Source of the DNA: Phormidium sp.
Lineage (GTDB): Bacteria > Cyanobacteriota > Cyanobacteriia > Cyanobacteriales > Aerosakkonemataceae
Reading direction: 5' to 3'
DNA length: 64,000 bases
NCBI GenBank assembly: GCA_051013385.1
Contig: CP143273.1
Coordinates: forward strand, 704,001 to 768,000
A model generated the notes under the pieces. The model had not been told where the DNA came from. It saw nothing but the letters and a program-made list of their open reading frames with translations, and made no database searches. Shown here one piece after another: positions 20,108 to 30,843 of the stretch (position 1 is the first letter of the stretch; each line of letters opens with the position of its first letter). The position numbers and the translations under genes are program-made.

Positions 20108-20280
20108 TGTGTTTATGCAGAACAATTAGGTTTGTACCAATGCTTGAGGCTTATGTACACCAATACACTCAGGATAATGTTTCCGCTTTTGGTCGAAAGT
20201 TTGGCTTATCTAGATATGAAATTATTCGTTGGTATTCAGGCGTAACTATTCCAAATTTGGATAAACTTTTACTTATTACA
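20108..20280 (+). pseudogene. Probable internal fragment of a TniQ-family (HTH-containing) gene abutting the transposon end
   Basis: NVSAFGRKFGLSRYEIIRWYSGVTIPNLDKLLLI resembles the Xre-like HTH segment of long cyanobacterial TniQ proteins (recognised from memory). Confidence 0.45.
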
Positions 20281-20687
20281 GATACTCATGACAAGCCGCG
20301 ATCGCCTGCATTGCTGGCGATTTTTGACTTTTATGAGTAATCCGTTAATTTTTGGTTTGATCAAGGATATTTCGCTCAAAAGCTCCAAAATACCTGCTCT
20401 TTAGACTCTTAAGTTGGTTTTATTGTGCAGAAAAATTAACAGCATATTCGTTCTCAGTAAGTCTATCTACTATTATTCTTTAAGATTAGTTAATATACAA
20501 TAATACGGAGAAAATTTGTAAAAAATTTATAAATTAGCGCCTATGTATAAATTTATTGTAAAAATAATCTCTCGCTCGTTGATTCGGAGAGTATAATCAC
20601 GGAAGATAGAAGTTTAACTTTTATCAAAATCTCCGCAGTGTTACTGAGATCGAGAAAATTTATCATTTCTTAAGCTGCCTTCTGCCT

Positions 20688-20960
20688 TCAATCAATATCC
20701 GAGTGTTGCTTTTGCTGCATAAATTGTTTCATTGATTGGCGACGATTAGCCATAAATTTGTGCCAAAAACCGGGGTACAAATCATCCATTGTTTTGGTAA
20801 TTGACCAAATTTCCATGCCGATCATGCTGTGTAAAGAGCGATCGGATTTTTCCAATTCTTCCAGGTGTTGAGCAATATTTACCAAAGTTTGAGTGTCAAG
20901 AACGACTTGTTTTTTTGGATCAGGAGGTTGATAAACATTCAACTGTAGCATAGTTAGCAA
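20688..20960 (-). CDS. Hypothetical protein
   Basis: 90-aa ORF with plausible composition (LYPGFWHKFMANR). Confidence 0.6.
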   Translation of the reverse strand: MLTMLQLNVYQPPDPKKQVVLDTQTLVNIAQHLEELEKSDRSLHSMIGMEIWSITKTMDDLYPGFWHKFMANRRQSMKQFMQQKQHSDID

Positions 20961-21610
20961 CTCTTAATCAGCGAATTTGGATACATCTTTACCAGAAAGC
21001 CATTGCAGAACACCCCACCGGAATTACTAGTGCAGTGCGGCAGAAATAACCAATCAGTTGAAAACAGGTAAATAGCTGGACAGAAAAGCTAATCAAACTC
21101 TTCTGCTCTAGAGCCTTCTGCCTTTCTTATAGTATTAAACTAATATTTAGCATTAATTTTACCTATTGCACCTGATGAGGAGTAAATTTTACGATTGCTT
21201 GATAAAAAGCTTGGGAAAATTTAAATATTCTTGTTACACAGCAAGGTTGTATAGCGTTTTTCTGGCCTTGTCAGGCAGGCATCAGTGTTATTCTCTGTTA
21301 AGACTTCCCGAAAACCAGAGACTCTTAGGACTTATGCACCATAACCCAAAAAAACCCGGTTTCTCGTTCTTACCCAAACGCCCAAATCAAGAAATTACCT
21401 TAAGAAATTGGGTTTGGAGTATAAGTCTTAACTCTGTAGTTCATGCGCCTGAAAATTGCTATAGTGTGATTGTTTTATACAATACAGATTAGCTTACTTT
21501 ATAAAAATTTATAAATTTTGGCAAAACTAGTTAATACCATACATTACTTAGACTTAGCCAAATTCACACATAAAGTTAAATTTAACTGCTATAACCAGTA
21601 TATTCAGATA

Positions 21611-21784
21611 TCATTCCGCTAGGAACCATGAAAGAAAAATCACAAAAATTGTTAACAGGAACCAGGTGGGAATATGGAATAGATCTAGGAGGTTTAAAGG
21701 AATGAATATTAAAACCTGAGTGCAAAAAGCACCACTAATAATTAATACTATAAGTAATATAGCTATAGGCATAGGATCTACCAT
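21611..21784 (-). CDS. Small hydrophobic membrane protein
   Basis: Two hydrophobic segments from ATG 21784 or 21772, ending SWFLAE. Confidence 0.4.
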   Translation of the reverse strand: MVDPMPIAILLIVLIISGAFCTQVLIFIPLNLLDLFHIPTWFLLTIFVIFLSWFLAE

Positions 21785-21848
21785 TTTACTCAAGACAAGT
21801 TCAATTATAGCAAAGCAACCACTTTTTTTGGAATTCTGATTATTACTT

Positions 21849-24800
21849 ATGATACTAGGAATAAATCTTAAAGGGAACCCGCTAAAAGTTAGCAAATTAA
21901 TCTTCATTTATTCATTTTTGTCAACTTTGTGGTTCTTGTTGACTTCACAATTGTTTAGTTTGCTAGCCAAAAACAGTTTGACGTTGAGATACTTACAGAT
22001 CATGGCAAATTGTATTTTTGTATTTTTTACCGCTTGGTTACTTTACTACTCAATTAGCCGTTTACAGCGACAATTAAAACAAACGAAGCAAGAGTATTAT
22101 AACTTATTTAATCATACGGTTGAAGGAATTTATCAAGTATTGCCTTCAGGAATTTATATTAATGCTAATCGGGCTTTAGCAGAAATTTATGGGTATAATC
22201 ATCCTGAAGAAGTAATTGCTAATTGTAATTGGAAAGAGTTAGATGTTGACTATCAAAAACGGGAAGCTTTTCTGAATAGATTGTATATAAATGGTGTTGT
22301 TTATGGGGAAGTGTTTGAAATTTACCGCCGGGATAGGAGCATTATTTGTGTAGTAGAGAATGCTTGTGCTGTCCGAGATAGTTTAGGAAAATTATTGTAT
22401 TATCAAGGCACAGTTCAAGAAATAAATAATCATAACAATTCGACAGAGGGTGAAGAAGAATTATCAGAAGACAGCAGTACCATATTGATGGCTGTGATTG
22501 AAGGGATGAGTGATGCGGTATTTGTAAAAAATCATCAGGGAAGATATTTAATGACTAATGAACCAGGGGCTAGGTTCTTGGGAAAATCTGTTAATCAATT
22601 ATTAAATGCTTATGACTGGGAATTGTTTCCGCGAGAGGTGGCGCAACAAATTAGGGAGAGCGATCGCTTAGTATTAGCCACAGGAGAAACTGTCACTTAT
22701 GAGCAGATTACTACTATTTTAGATAAAAATAATCAACCTGTATCCCGAAGTTTTATAGTTAGTAAAAGTGTTTATCATAATTCTGAAGGTAAAACTTTAG
22801 GATTACTTTCTATTGCTAAAGATATCACTGATTATAAACAGGTAGAGGAGGAAAAAAGCCAACTATTAGAACAAGTCAAAAAAGATATTGAAGATTTAGC
22901 AGCACTGGCTGAAGCGACAGCAAATGTTCCCAATACTATAGATTTAAAACAACTACTAGATACATTATTACAGCAAATAGTTGAAGTTTTATCAGCAGAT
23001 ACAGCAGTAATTTTATTAAAAGATAACGGTTATTTGCGCTATACAAATGGAGTAGGAGTAAATCCAGAAATTAGTATCTATTATGAAGTGCCTGTTGGGG
23101 AAGGATTTGCAGGTACTATTGCTAAATCTATGGAACCACTATATGTTAAGGATACCATAAATGAACCTACGATAGAAGTATTGAATGCTACTTCGTTGAC
23201 ATTCATTCTAGAGCAGGGAATTCAGACATTGTTGGGTGTACCACTCAAACGCAACGGCAACTGTATTGGTGTGATCCACTTGGGTTGGTGCCAGATTCAT
23301 CCGTATAATGAACGAGAATTACACCTTTTGGAAATTACATCTGAGCGTTGTGCAATGGCGATCGTTAATACCGAACTTTACGAGCAGACTCAAAGATTGC
23401 AGAAATTACGACAATTACAAATTGAGCGAATGCCGATCGGATTTATTCTTACCGATCCTGACTTCCATTTTTTAGATTGGAACCCCGCTGCGGAAATGAT
23501 TTTTGGTTTTACTAAAGAAGAAATTCTGGGAAGACATATTTTTACCATTGTTCCTGAATCAGCTAAAACTAACTTTGGCATAGTTTTGTTGCGGCTAAGT
23601 CAAGGAGATATGACTGCTCATAGCATTAATGAAAATATTACAAAATTCGAAAAAATTATTATTTGTGAATGGCGGAATACTCCACTACAAGAAACTGATG
23701 GCACAATTTATGGTCATTTGTTCATGGTGCAAGATATCACGGAGTTAAGAAAAGCGCAGGAAGAAAGATTGCGTTATGCTTTTTATGATGCGTTGACTGG
23801 ATTACCGAATCGAGCTTGGTTTTTAGAACATTTGGGCAAGCTTTTACAGCGAGAACCGAAAGATTCTCAGGAGATTACCCGATCGCAAAGTCCGAATTTC
23901 GCTGTGCTTTTCTTGAATTTAGAACGGTTTGAAATTGTTAAATCTAGTTTAGGACATTTAATAGCAGATCAATTGCTAATTGCTACGGCGCGACAGTTAG
24001 AAAATTGTTTGCGCCCAACTGATAAAGTCGCTTATTTAGGTAGAGATGAGTTTGCAATTTTATTAGAAGATATTTCGGATGCTAAGATTGCCAAGGAAAT
24101 AGCTAACCGCATTTATCAACAATTAAGCTTGCCTTTTAATTTGGATGGGCATGAAATATTTTCTAGCGCTAGTATTGGGATTGCGATTAGTAAAGAGTTG
24201 GGTAATTTACCTGATTATCAGCGTCCTGAAGACTTTTTGCGAGCAGCAGATACGGCGATGCACTCAGCGAAAGGTGGTAGGACTCCAGTGGTATTTGAGA
24301 CAAATATGTATACTCATGCTTTGTCTCGTTTGCAGTTGGATACTGATTTAAGAAGGGCGATCGCACTGTTAGCGAAATGCAATAATGAAGCTCAAGAATT
24401 TGAATTATATTATCAACCAATTGTCTGCTTAAAAGCTGATGAAATTAGGGGTTTTGAAGCTCTAATTCGGTGGAATCATCCAACTAGAGGATTAGTTTCA
24501 CCTGCTGAGTTTATTCCAGTTGCAGAAGAAAGTAGATTAATTATTCAGATCGGACTATGGACACTCAGAACAGCTTGTCAACAGTTGCGAATTTGGCAAC
24601 GACAATTTCAGCGCAGTTTAATGATGAGTGTTAATCTTTCTGGTATTCAATTAGAACAAGCTAATCTGACTGCACAAATTGAAGGAGTTTTGGGAGAAAT
24701 TTGGATTGCACCTAACACTTTAAAGCTGGAAATTACCGAAAGTGCTATTATGAGAAATACTGAATCTGTCCCAGCTTTGTTAGGTCAAATTAAACAAAAT

Positions 24801-25130
24801 AAAGTGCTTTTGGCTATTGATGATTTTGGGACAGGTTATTCATCTTTGAGTTATTTACATCGATTTCCGATCGATACTTTAAAGATCGATCGCTCTTTCG
24901 TTAGTCGCATGACTTCCGATGGCGAAAATTTAGAAATTGTCCGCTTAATTGTGACTTTGGCTCATACTTTAGGAATGGATGTCACCGCCGAAGGAGTAGA
25001 AAACCTGGAGCAATTAGCTTTATTAAAAAGTTTAGGATGTGAGTATGGACAAGGTTATTTCTTTTCTAAACCATTAAATCAAAAAGCTGCTACAGAATTG
25101 TTAGAAAAAAATTTAGGAGTTCAATACTAG
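21849..25130 (+). CDS. PAS/GAF/GGDEF-EAL c-di-GMP signalling protein (likely phosphodiesterase)
   Basis: N-terminal TMs, three PAS domains, GAF, DALTGLPNR, degenerate GRDEF, intact EAL and DDFGTGYSSL. Confidence 0.9.
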   Translation: MILGINLKGNPLKVSKLIFIYSFLSTLWFLLTSQLFSLLAKNSLTLRYLQIMANCIFVFFTAWLLYYSISRLQRQLKQTKQEYYNLFNHTVEGIYQVLPSGIYINANRALAEIYGYNHPEEVIANCNWKELDVDYQKREAFLNRLYINGVVYGEVFEIYRRDRSIICVVENACAVRDSLGKLLYYQGTVQEINNHNNSTEGEEELSEDSSTILMAVIEGMSDAVFVKNHQGRYLMTNEPGARFLGKSVNQLLNAYDWELFPREVAQQIRESDRLVLATGETVTYEQITTILDKNNQPVSRSFIVSKSVYHNSEGKTLGLLSIAKDITDYKQVEEEKSQLLEQVKKDIEDLAALAEATANVPNTIDLKQLLDTLLQQIVEVLSADTAVILLKDNGYLRYTNGVGVNPEISIYYEVPVGEGFAGTIAKSMEPLYVKDTINEPTIEVLNATSLTFILEQGIQTLLGVPLKRNGNCIGVIHLGWCQIHPYNERELHLLEITSERCAMAIVNTELYEQTQRLQKLRQLQIERMPIGFILTDPDFHFLDWNPAAEMIFGFTKEEILGRHIFTIVPESAKTNFGIVLLRLSQGDMTAHSINENITKFEKIIICEWRNTPLQETDGTIYGHLFMVQDITELRKAQEERLRYAFYDALTGLPNRAWFLEHLGKLLQREPKDSQEITRSQSPNFAVLFLNLERFEIVKSSLGHLIADQLLIATARQLENCLRPTDKVAYLGRDEFAILLEDISDAKIAKEIANRIYQQLSLPFNLDGHEIFSSASIGIAISKELGNLPDYQRPEDFLRAADTAMHSAKGGRTPVVFETNMYTHALSRLQLDTDLRRAIALLAKCNNEAQEFELYYQPIVCLKADEIRGFEALIRWNHPTRGLVSPAEFIPVAEESRLIIQIGLWTLRTACQQLRIWQRQFQRSLMMSVNLSGIQLEQANLTAQIEGVLGEIWIAPNTLKLEITESAIMRNTESVPALLGQIKQNKVLLAIDDFGTGYSSLSYLHRFPIDTLKIDRSFVSRMTSDGENLEIVRLIVTLAHTLGMDVTAEGVENLEQLALLKSLGCEYGQGYFFSKPLNQKAATELLEKNLGVQY

Positions 25131-25162
25131 ATCCCCGACAACTTCTGCGAAGTCGGGGATCT
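25129..25162. repeat. AGATCCCCGAC..GTCGGGGATCT inverted repeat between convergent genes
   Basis: Palindrome seen directly; common cyanobacterial dispersed repeat, may act as terminator. Confidence 0.75.
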
Positions 25163-25173
25163 ATATTATGTCA

Positions 25174-27879
25174 CTAAACGTAAGTGAAGTAACTACTTTG
25201 CAGATTTAAGTCGTTGAGATTTTCGACGATCGCGATTAGTTCATTCACCCCCGGAGTTTTTTGATAAATCGCCGTTCCTTTCGGCATTCCTTCGGGAGTA
25301 GCAGCTAATAGGTAACTATTTGCTGAACCGCGCAAGACGATCGAATCTTGCGTAGAATCAAAATCAGCAATTAAAGCATAATCGCTCATGCCTTTATCTG
25401 TATTTTTGCCGTCATTGTAGAAAGTACTAATCAGATTTCCTAAGACAAAAGTATCAGCTTCCGAACCACCAGTTAAAACATCAACTTCGCCAAGTCCCGG
25501 ATTAGGATTATTAGGATTAACACCAATTAAGCGATCGCTACCCTTATCTCCATTGAGGCTATCATTGCCTTGATTACCGTACAAATCATCATGGGCTTTG
25601 CCACCATAAACAATGTTACCTTCTCGATCGCCGTAGAGAGTATCATTCCCTTGGTTGCCGTAAGTAGCGCTTTTACCTTTGGTGTAAATAATGTCATCAC
25701 CTTTGTTGCCATAAAGCTCATCTTCGTCACTACCAGCGTAAATTACATCATCATCTTGACCGCCGTAGAGAGTATTAATTCCCTCGCCACCGTAAAGGGT
25801 ATCCTCACCTTGATTACCATAAACCTCATCATCCCCTTGATCGCTGTAAAACAAATCCTTACCAAGACCACCGTAGAGATTATCGCTACCTGCGCCGCCG
25901 TATAGCACATCATCCCCATCTTCCCCGTAAATAGAATCATTACCTGTATCACCGGAAAGAGTTTCATTTCCTGCGCCTCCCTTCTCTTCAATAATCGGTA
26001 AATCAGCACTACCACCGCCACCATCGTTATCGCGGATAGTGCCTAAACCTTGCGCTTTACCAATTACTGCTCCGACAGCATTAGTGAGGAAAATTGGGGC
26101 AGTTTCGTCAAATTCTGGTTGACTATCATCAATGACATTCAATCTAACAAACTGTTTAGTTTGACCGGGTTCAAAAACTACTTCGCCTTTACTTGTAATC
26201 GTAGTTACATCAGGTCTGCCACCAAAAAGTTGACCGCTAATTTCACCTTTTGGAGAACCTTTGGTTTGCACACTTATATATAATTCTGTGTCTTCTCCTG
26301 ATGTTACTCTTCGCAAAGATTGGGCAAAATCACTAATAGATGCTTTGGCTTTATCTGTGGTTTCCCAAACACCAGTAATAATTGTTGAACCATCATCATT
26401 AATTCTGGCTCGCCAATCGTCTGTATCTTGACCAGCTTTGGAAATATCTAATACAACCTCGTCATTCCCAGACAATCTCTCCCGGCGAAACTCAATACTA
26501 ATTACATCGTCATCAGTATTGGGTGTTTGGGGTGTTTGACCTAACAAAGAGCCAAAATCTAAACCGGAAAATTTGGTGGAGTAAGTTAGTGCATCTCCGG
26601 TTCTATTTAATTGGAAAAAGCCGAAACCATTAGCTTTTTGACTACCTGTAAAAACTGTGGCAAAAGAACTATTACCATCTGAGTTGGCAAAAGTAAGAGC
26701 GTAGTCTACTGTAACTCTTTGGTTACTGGGTCGAGAAAGAGTGATTTCATAGTTTAGGGTAGTAAAACTCTCTACGACGGAGGTGTTATTGGCAGAAATA
26801 ATCGGCAAATCGCTTGGCTGTTCATCTGTACCGCCATCTGCACCACCTTGGTTAGTTTGGTCGTTAGTGTCGTATAAATAACCAAGTTCGGCAGTGGAAA
26901 TTAGTTGTTCGGTTGTAAGTCCATTAAAACTGAACAATGGGTCATTAATTCTGGCACCTGGGACTTGAGAAGAGAAGGGACGAAAACCTGTGTTGTCTTG
27001 GTTAGTTTCCACCCATTCCGTCCACAAGCGATCGATATTCGCATGATGTAAAAAGAACAAAGGATCGTTGGGAGAAGTCGCCTGGGTCATCTCGCCACCC
27101 ACCCAAACGTGAGTGTTATTGTGAAGACCACTTTCCAAACCTACAGAAAAGCTCTCAAAGGTGGGAATATTGAGAACGCGATCGACCTGTGCTCTAGTGG
27201 GAAAGCTGGCTTGACCGGGAAAAATTGAGTCTGGACTTGGTAGGATGTTGCTGTTGCGTTGCAAAAATCTCTGAGGAGGCTCTACTCGTCCATCTCGGTT
27301 CAAATCAGACGGACTGCTGAAGGTAAGTGCCCAAAAACCCTGTTGATTTAATTGTTCCGGGGATAAGTTCCGCAGTGAAAAAGGCGCAGGGCGAAATGGC
27401 CCAGTTCTGATGAAGTAATTGTCTTGAGCATTACCAAAACCTCCCATGAAGTCGTCGGTAAACACAGCTGCGGTACTCTCAGAATCGGTGGGGTCCCAGT
27501 AAGGTAAGGTTACGGTGGGATCTACCGATCGCAAATCCTCTTCAAACCGTCGCAACAATTCCCGGTGCCAAGGTAAAAACACGAAGGATTGGTAATCTCG
27601 CGTACTATGCACTGGTGCCACACTAGACATAACATCATGTAACTCAAGCGTCTCACCATTATGGGAATGTACTCCCTCCATTGCCAGTTGGTGCAATCTT
27701 ACGTAGTAGTCATAAGCATTGGGGACAGTTTCATTGGTGTTTGTTTCGGGATTAAAAACGGTGTAGGGAGAGGGGCGATTTTTTAAAGCTTTAACTGCAT
27801 TAACAAAGCGTTGCTTCTCTTCTGGAGTTAGATCTTTGACATTCTTGCGAACTAACAAATTATCATTTTCTTGGCTCAT
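25174..27879 (-). CDS. Tyrosinase-family protein with Calx-beta, CHRD-like and RTX Ca-binding repeats
   Basis: FLPWHR, LPYWD, HNNTHVWVGG, SPNDPLFFLHHANIDRLW copper sites; many GGxGxD nonapeptides. Confidence 0.88.
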   Translation of the reverse strand: MSQENDNLLVRKNVKDLTPEEKQRFVNAVKALKNRPSPYTVFNPETNTNETVPNAYDYYVRLHQLAMEGVHSHNGETLELHDVMSSVAPVHSTRDYQSFVFLPWHRELLRRFEEDLRSVDPTVTLPYWDPTDSESTAAVFTDDFMGGFGNAQDNYFIRTGPFRPAPFSLRNLSPEQLNQQGFWALTFSSPSDLNRDGRVEPPQRFLQRNSNILPSPDSIFPGQASFPTRAQVDRVLNIPTFESFSVGLESGLHNNTHVWVGGEMTQATSPNDPLFFLHHANIDRLWTEWVETNQDNTGFRPFSSQVPGARINDPLFSFNGLTTEQLISTAELGYLYDTNDQTNQGGADGGTDEQPSDLPIISANNTSVVESFTTLNYEITLSRPSNQRVTVDYALTFANSDGNSSFATVFTGSQKANGFGFFQLNRTGDALTYSTKFSGLDFGSLLGQTPQTPNTDDDVISIEFRRERLSGNDEVVLDISKAGQDTDDWRARINDDGSTIITGVWETTDKAKASISDFAQSLRRVTSGEDTELYISVQTKGSPKGEISGQLFGGRPDVTTITSKGEVVFEPGQTKQFVRLNVIDDSQPEFDETAPIFLTNAVGAVIGKAQGLGTIRDNDGGGGSADLPIIEEKGGAGNETLSGDTGNDSIYGEDGDDVLYGGAGSDNLYGGLGKDLFYSDQGDDEVYGNQGEDTLYGGEGINTLYGGQDDDVIYAGSDEDELYGNKGDDIIYTKGKSATYGNQGNDTLYGDREGNIVYGGKAHDDLYGNQGNDSLNGDKGSDRLIGVNPNNPNPGLGEVDVLTGGSEADTFVLGNLISTFYNDGKNTDKGMSDYALIADFDSTQDSIVLRGSANSYLLAATPEGMPKGTAIYQKTPGVNELIAIVENLNDLNLQSSYFTYV

Positions 27880-28219
27880 TTTTCTACACTCCTGACAATT
27901 TTAGTACTTAAATCAAAAGGTTGCTCCCATTCGCCAATTGTGGCGAAAAATGGTTGTTAAAAATTTAACCTAAAGCAACCTCTACGTTGATTTAAATTAC
28001 TATATGTCTTAACTTTTGACACTTATGCAAAATTTTGCTAATCACTAGCTAAATTTAATATTTTTTTACGTAGATCTATAACTAAATAGTTAAAAAATTA
28101 ACCAATAAAAATACCCTTAAGGGGCAATTTGCAGGTGTGGAAAAAAGTTAAAGGTAAAGGGGAAAGGAATAATTTAAACCTTTCCCCTTGAATCGAGAAT
28201 TATTGCCAGAGAGCCTTTT

Positions 28220-28843
28220 TTAAAGAATATAGAGCAGTAAGAACAGCACAATCCAAACAATATCTACAAAGTGCCAATAGACTTCTGCTGCTTCTACACC
28301 AAAGTGATTTTCCGAACTGTAATGTCCTTGTTTGATCGATCGCCAAAGCACGCCCAAAATTAACAGAATACCGAAGCAAACGTGCATTCCGTGAAAGCCA
28401 GTCAAAACATAAAAAGTGCTGGCATAAAGATTAGTTTTCAAGCCAAATTCTAAATGACTATATTCGTAAACTTGACCTGCTAAGAAAATCATTCCCATGA
28501 TGGCAGTGATCAAAAACCAAGTTCGCAAACTTGCCACATTATTGTTTTTTACCGCAGTATCGCCTTGATGAATTACAAAACTGCTAGCGATTAGAATTGC
28601 GGTGTTAATTCCAGGTAGTAATAACTCTCTTTCTGGCGTACCTTCTGGGGGCCAAACTGGAGCAACGGCGCGAAAAGTTAAATAGGCAGCGAACAAACCT
28701 AAAAAGATCATCCCTTCCGCCACTAGGAATACAATAATGCCAAAAATTCGATGATCGGGATGTGCTTCGTGATGACTTGCTGCTTGGGCTGCACCATGAT
28801 AATTTAGAGCAGTTTTAGACTCGTCAATTGTGGGACTTTGCAT
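28220..28843 (-). CDS. coxC: Cytochrome c oxidase subunit III
   Basis: TGFHGMHV, YWHFVDIVW. Confidence 0.95.
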   Translation of the reverse strand: MQSPTIDESKTALNYHGAAQAASHHEAHPDHRIFGIIVFLVAEGMIFLGLFAAYLTFRAVAPVWPPEGTPERELLLPGINTAILIASSFVIHQGDTAVKNNNVASLRTWFLITAIMGMIFLAGQVYEYSHLEFGLKTNLYASTFYVLTGFHGMHVCFGILLILGVLWRSIKQGHYSSENHFGVEAAEVYWHFVDIVWIVLFLLLYIL

Positions 28844-29046
28844 AATTTCCTAATTTTGTCATTGGTAATTAGTTATTAGTCATTAGTCATTGGTATTGTT
28901 AATTAGGTTTAAGTCTTGAGTTTTAAGTCTTAAATTAACAGCAATTTTTAACTCAAAACTCAAAACTATGTACGGGCGGGTTTTGTTTTAATTCTTCTGT
29001 TGTGATGAGAGAATCATCTGCTAAACCCGCCCCTACAAATTAACGA

Positions 29047-30732
29047 TTAACCAACGTCTACTTTGACTTCAGCGAGTAATTCTTCAACTGATTTGTTTTC
29101 TTCCACTTCTTCAAAATCGATGCCATAATCGTAAGGGCCAGACCATAAAACTGGTTCTTCATGGAAGTTTTCAACGGGTGGAGGAGAACTAGTCATCCAT
29201 TCCAAAGTGAGAGCTTTCCAAGGATTACCAGAAGCTTTTGGCCCGTACATCCAACTCCAGACAGCATTTATCAGAAAAGGAATTGTGGAAACTGCCAAAA
29301 TGTAAGCCCCAATAGTAGCTACTAAATTGAGTGTGGCAAATTTGGGGTCATATTCTGCTACCCGTCTGGGCATACCTTCTAAGCCTAGTTTGTGCATTGG
29401 TAAAAAGCACAAATTAAAGCCAATAAGTGTGAGTGCAAAATGTATTCTTCCCCAAGTTTCATTGACCATTCTGCCTGTCATTTTGGGGAACCAATGGTAT
29501 ATTCCGGCGTAGAGTCCGAACACGCTACCACCGAATAAAACGTAGTGCAAGTGAGCGACTACAAAATAGGTATCGTGAACGTGAATGTCAACGGGTACGG
29601 AGGCTAACATGATGCCACTTAAGCCGCCAATGACAAACATAGAGACAAAGCCCATGCCAAATAACATGGCACTATTTAGGTTTAATTTGCCTCCCCAAAT
29701 TGTGGCTAACCAACTGAATACTTTAATTCCTGTGGGGATAGCAATTACCATTGTGGCGATCATGAAAAACATTCTTAACCAGGCGGGAGTACCACTGGTA
29801 AACATGTGGTGTGCCCAAACAATTAGCCCCAAAAAGCTAATTGCTAAACTGGAGTATGCGATCGCTCTATACCCAAAAATCGGCTTGCGGGAATGCACTG
29901 GCAAAATATCAGAAATCATCCCAAACATCGGCAGAATCATAATATAAACTGCCGGGTGGGAATAGAACCAGAACATATGTTGATAAACGATCGGATCGCC
30001 GCCACCAGTGGGGTTAAAAAATGCCGTTCCTGCTACCAAATCAAAACTCAGCAGAATTAAAGCACCTGCTAATACTGGAGTGGAAACTATAACTAATGCC
30101 GAAACTGATAACATTGACCAGCAAAATAACGGCATTTGATGCAATCCCATTCCTGGAAGTCGCATCTTTAAAATGGTAACGAGAAAGTTTACCGCCCCTA
30201 AAATTGAAGAAGTTCCTAACACCAGAACGCTGAGAATCCAAATCAACTCACCCGCTTGACCATTAATTAAACTCAATGGTGGGTAAGATGTCCAACCAGA
30301 CCCAGCAGCGCCGACAAAGAAACTACTTAAAAGTAAAATTCCTCCAGGGGGAATCATCCAAAAAGCCACAGCATTTAGTTTAGGAAATGCCATGTCCTTA
30401 GCTCCGATCATTAAGGGGATTAAATAGTTACCAAATCCCCCTGTACCCGCCGGAACAATCCACAAGAAAATCATAATTGTCGCGTGGATTGTAAAAAAGC
30501 TGTTGTAAAGTTCTCGACTGACAAAATCGGAATCTGGAGTAGCTAATTCGGTGCGTACAGCAGAGGCTAATGCTCCACCGATGAGATAGAAAACAAATGT
30601 TGTCACTAGGTATTGAATTCCAATTACCTTGTGATCTGTGGAAAAGCCAAAGTATTTCCGCCAATCACCGCCAGTTTTAGTTTCAGCGGTATGACCTAAA
30701 TTGGCTGATTCTGTTACCTGAAGTTGTGTCAT
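29047..30732 (-). CDS. coxA: Cytochrome c oxidase subunit I
   Basis: DHKVIG, WFYSHPAVY, VWAHHMF, AHLHYV. Confidence 0.97.
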   Translation of the reverse strand: MTQLQVTESANLGHTAETKTGGDWRKYFGFSTDHKVIGIQYLVTTFVFYLIGGALASAVRTELATPDSDFVSRELYNSFFTIHATIMIFLWIVPAGTGGFGNYLIPLMIGAKDMAFPKLNAVAFWMIPPGGILLLSSFFVGAAGSGWTSYPPLSLINGQAGELIWILSVLVLGTSSILGAVNFLVTILKMRLPGMGLHQMPLFCWSMLSVSALVIVSTPVLAGALILLSFDLVAGTAFFNPTGGGDPIVYQHMFWFYSHPAVYIMILPMFGMISDILPVHSRKPIFGYRAIAYSSLAISFLGLIVWAHHMFTSGTPAWLRMFFMIATMVIAIPTGIKVFSWLATIWGGKLNLNSAMLFGMGFVSMFVIGGLSGIMLASVPVDIHVHDTYFVVAHLHYVLFGGSVFGLYAGIYHWFPKMTGRMVNETWGRIHFALTLIGFNLCFLPMHKLGLEGMPRRVAEYDPKFATLNLVATIGAYILAVSTIPFLINAVWSWMYGPKASGNPWKALTLEWMTSSPPPVENFHEEPVLWSGPYDYGIDFEEVEENKSVEELLAEVKVDVG

Positions 30733-30843
30733 AAGAATTGCTAGTTGGTGTTTGGTAGTTGGTAGTTGGTAGTTAATTTTTTTTGGGAGTTGATGTCAGC
30801 ACAAAATTCCCTCACTAATTACCCACTACCCACTACCGATTAC

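Noticed and set aside
21166..21492. 108-aa ORF
   Set aside because: Spans an AAACCCGGTTTCT dispersed repeat and has non-protein-like composition
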